Below, in pieces: positions 59,869 through 64,000 of a stretch of DNA of 64,000 bases (positions are counted from its first letter, which is position 1; each line of letters begins with the position of its first letter). A program made the translations under genes and the position numbers. Below the pieces are notes generated by a model that had not been told where the DNA came from, made no database searches, and saw nothing but the letters and a program-made list of their open reading frames with translations. This DNA comes from Laetmonice hystrix (Eukaryota): NCBI GenBank assembly GCA_965235115.1, contig OZ249436.1, positions 11,780,001 through 11,844,000 on the forward strand, given 5' to 3'.

Positions 59869-60582
59869 GTCCTAGAATCAAGCCTCAATAGGCCTAATAT
59901 TGATATCAAGACGAACCCAGGTCAGTGACGTAGCCACCAGAGGACGTAAACCCGCCGTACGCCCCCCCCCCCCCGTTTGGCTTTTTTTGTTGCTTGTGAG
60001 CATTTTTTAAGACCTTTTTTATTTTTTGCTTGTTAGATTTTCCTTACAAAATTTACGCCCCCTTTCATTAAAGCGGCATCGTTAGTAACCTATCTTCGAG
60101 AATAAAACAGAATCAGGTAAAAAGCTGGGAAAGAATGAGTTGGACAGAAGACGCGACAGTGCTCGTGGCATTGAAATAGATCGGTGGATGGCCTTGAAAC
60201 TCCACGCTCCGACTAGTCCGAGCGTCACCAGAGCCTGTGAGAGTCACTGAAACTCAGCTTGGGAATTCAGCTGTTATAACGGTTATCCAAAATGGCCAAG
60301 CGGTTCGAAGGTAGAGCGTTAGATTGCTACGGAGCCAGCTGAGCGTTCTCACATTAGATTTGGTGGGTCTCACTTCAATTTATTTGAGTTTTACATGTGA
60401 CAGTCAGACGCTGATTTATATGGCAGGGTGTCGATATTACAGTTTGTAAGAATAGTGGACCTTTAATTCCTGGCTACGTCACTGCAGGCACCCATCCCCA
60501 GGCGAGACCGGCCGGAGGTTGCGGGAGCGGCGGGCAGCTTTTTCTTCCATGGTGCCTCTCTGACGATCTGTAAGCTCTTTAG

Positions 60583-63133
60583 GCCAACATCTATACCTTG
60601 ACAAAGTTGCAGATGCCGTGGTCAACTCAAACAATAGCTCTTACGTTCGACATGAGGTGCGACTTCTGAACGACCTCTTGGCGAGGGCTCACAAGTTTGT
60701 AAGGCCGGTGAAACAGCAGAACGACACCGTTCAGATCCGTTTTGGTCTTGCACTCTTGTCGATAGATGACGTCGTGAGTACAGGGATCTCATTTGCTGTC
60801 CAATTCAGTAATGTATAATAGCAGAAAGTCTTCCAAGGAAATGAGAGGAATTAATCCTGTGAGAATTGTATTTTATAAGCTGAGACTATGAGCTCTTTAA
60901 TAATTATGTCGCAATAATTTTGTTCTCTTTGATTTAGAATGAAAACGCCCGGACATTAACGACCACTGTTTGGATTCGACAGGTAAATGTTACACGTTAT
61001 TAGGTTGCAAAAACACGACTCGTTACTTTTATACTTTCGTTAACGTCGATCATTATTACCCGATAAGCCAAAATGTTACGTGTCAATATTGTCCCATACT
61101 CTGTTGCCATGCAGCTCTGGGACGACGCGTTCTTATCGTGGAACCCCGAGGACTATGGAGACATCGACCATATTCGCTTACCCATTTCTGAAATATGGCG
61201 TCCTGACCTCACGGTGTACAATGGGTGAGTCTGATACTCAAAAACTCCAGCTGAGGGTTGGTTCGAACTTTACTTCCGACTTTTAACTCGTTCAGCTGTT
61301 TTGTAGTGATGACAGTTTTTGGCATTTAATGCAGCCCTGGTTTTTGTCTTATTTTGTGACAAATTTTCTCCAGACGGTTGACAAAATCGAGCTTAATTCA
61401 TGCCTGTTGATACAATACATACGAGATAAAACTGCATTAACCCTCAGAACCCTCTTTTATTTCAAAGTTTGTTACTTTCAGTAAGGATCACATTATTCAT
61501 TCGTTTGACGCCCTGGCGGTTACGTCCTCGTCTGGTCAGGTTCTGTGGATACCGCCCGCCAGAATCACGTCCATGTGTACATTCGACATGACATACTTCC
61601 CTTTCGATGAACAGGAGTGTTCCCTGAAAATTGGATCCTGGACATATGACGGGTTTCGTGTACGTATACGGTTTAGACATTATGGTGTGTAGGGCCGTGC
61701 CCGGGGGGGGGGGGGGTCTCCAACCCAACCCCCAACCACTTATCGAAGAACACCATCATGGTTTCATATCCCGCCTGCATGGACCTATTTACTGCAATGC
61801 CGGTGTTCACGAGCTGTTTGAGAAACGATTTTAGTATATCTTCCTATTCCGTGATTTATTAAATTGGTTATCACGTATTTCGTAGGTATCACTAAAATTC
61901 TACGATGACTACGAGAAGTTCGATCTCACCGACTACGTTCCATCCCCGGACTGGAGAGTCCTTTCAGCCAAAGCAAAGCTAAACACGAAGTACTATCCGT
62001 GCTGCCCAGAGCCCTACCCTGACCTGACGTTCACCCTCCGTATACGGCGAAACCCTGGTTACTACAGCTACATATACCTGGGGCCTGCTGTACTGTTGGC
62101 ACTCCTGGCACCGTTTGTCTTCCTCCTGCCACCAGGAGACACTCAGAAAATGACGCTTGGTGAGGGACCACGCCCCTGTTTGACTTCACGATAATACAAG
62201 TACTTGTATGGGCTTAACCGGGTTTAATTACTGATCAATATTTATATTGTGCTTAAATCGACCCATTGCTTTCATGGAGACTGCGAACGAACTAGTAAAT
62301 ATTCTAAAATCAAATACAGTATATCGGCGTCACAGCAGCTCAATTTTTCTTTCATCCCTTTTAGGATGTAGTATCCTCATCTGTTTTACCCTCCTGTTCG
62401 GGAGAACTGGAGACTTCATTCCAAGGGTGCATGTCAACGTCCCACTTATAGGTATGTGGTGCTTCAGAAAAATCAGTTTCAAATTTCTGTTATGAACGAC
62501 ATCTCTTCCGGAAATAACTCTGTCCTGCAGATAGTGACTAGTGCAACGGGTCTTCTTCTATAACTGCGTCATTCTAATTACCGGGTAGTCATGAAACTTG
62601 ACTCCTCCACTGTGGACAACATGTATGTTTTCCCTCCAGACATGTACTACATGGCCCAATACGTCCTACTCTCACTGTCCATCGCAATGACCGTCATCGT
62701 TGCAAACATTGCTAAGCGAGCCAGATCGGTCAGCGGTGGTGAACCAAGCGAGTTCCTCAGGAAGGTGAGTCGGAAAAGTAGAAAACATTGATAAAACAGG
62801 ATAAGTATAGATAAGTATGGGAATTATTATCTTAATTCCTTTGGTTATTTACTGTATGGTTTATTTTCATTTCCCCTGTATTATTTTCGATTTCATTGTT
62901 AACAGACAGTGTTCGGTTGTCTGGGCCGCTGTGTGTGTGTGTCCTATGACCCTGTACCCGAGCCGTTTGTCGCGGACTCGACACCAGACGACAAAACGAC
63001 CGATGGAGAAGCTGAAGGCGGAAGAAGGCGGGAATGGTTGATCATGGCAACCATCGTCGACAGGTTCCTCTTCGGGATCTACCTGGTTCTGACCATCCTC
63101 GTCACACTCTGCGTCCTTCTCAGAAGGCCCTAG
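60583..63133 (+). CDS. Nicotinic acetylcholine receptor alpha-type subunit (Cys-loop ligand-gated ion channel); signal-peptide exon not located
   Basis: Exons 60583(or 60613)-60773, 60938-60982, 61115-61224, 61482-61659, 61886-62159, 62365-62451, 62640-62764, 62906-63133, phase-compatible. Loop A WRPDLTVYN, Cys-loop CTFDMTYFPFDEQEC, loop B GSWTYDG, loop C YYPCCPEPY with vicinal cysteines, four TM helices, EW..MA..VDR before M4. Confidence 0.93.
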
Positions 63134-64000
63134 TCTGGATATTGAGCTTTGCCTAAGATTATGTTGGCGAATTACATACCGAAGAAGTCTCGTCTCGTAG
63201 ATTTTGTTAGTCGTCGAATATCCCTTTCTTAGACCTATTATTACTGTATGGCCCACAATTATACATTACAATATTATGACCTATATTATAAGGCATGTGC
63301 CCCTTGTTCAGTGTTGGTTGGAAGTTGGTCAAACTCGGCCAAGACAATGACAACTTTAATTTGACTCTCGCCTAGAAAAGGCCGTGATCTAGGTCGAAAC
63401 CGACCGTAAATCGTCCAACAACAAGACAGGAACCATTGGTGAGCCGGTGTATTTGGTCCTCCAAGTTGACGTAGATCAAAGCCGTCAACAGTGAAGCGAG
63501 ACCCTTTGACAATATTTTCATAAGTAGAACATATACTACACTGAAAGTAACGTGTTCATCAATCATTATCGGTGTTTCTTCCATCCATATGTACCTACCG
63601 TTTTCAGTTGTGTCTGCATGGACAGTTTTAGCGAGCGGGAATTTATGCAACAGCTGGGGACCAGGCCTATGGTCATATCGCCTTGCGAATTTCCATGAGA
63701 TTTCCCCAAGGTCTGATGAGTTATTTAATGGATCAAAGTAGAAAAAAGATAAGAATCGTGTTTATTGGCAACCAATAGGTTGGATTACATACAACGAAGA
63801 TAAAAAGTTAAGACATAATATGTAAAAGTTAGCAGTAAAATAGACATTTGAAACGACTCGACATTTAGTCTGACAGTTCTTGTACCGATTAGTTCGAGCA
63901 TTAAGTAGAGGGTATTCTTGACTATAAGTAGGTATGGCACATTTCTGGCTTCAGGCAACAAGTGATGGAGTTTATGCTCCGAGTTCTTCCTGTTATTAAA

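Overview
Eukaryotic (metazoan, most likely marine invertebrate) genomic DNA with GT-AG introns. There are no prokaryotic features and no CRISPR array. I assembled the gene models by hand from splice sites and codon phase. In order: the 3' exons of UBL7 (+); an SLC46-family MFS transporter with a single coding exon (-); a class I GLUT/SLC2A transporter with an extra basic/Ser-rich N-terminal exon (-); FASTKD5 (-); a ~6.3 kb TIR element with two subterminal ACACGTGT-based arrays and a decayed BEN/DUF4806-like gene; a 15-exon GABA-B-like class C GPCR (+); a tentative 139-aa membrane-protein gene (-); and an alpha-type nicotinic acetylcholine receptor subunit with an atypical pore (+). The intergenic and intronic DNA is rich in MITEs and minisatellites. 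Four observations stand out. (1) Minisatellites amplify functional gene signals: about 13-14 copies of a splice donor, 8 copies of a splice acceptor, and an array that supplies a stop codon. (2) Palindrome-creating micro-insertions are caught in single array copies and match a window-wide excess of TAGGCCTA. (3) The CMC/EnSpm-like element carries a BEN-like gene. (4) Both neurotransmitter receptors have unusual ligand-pocket or pore residues. All protein family assignments are by motif recognition only; no database search was run.
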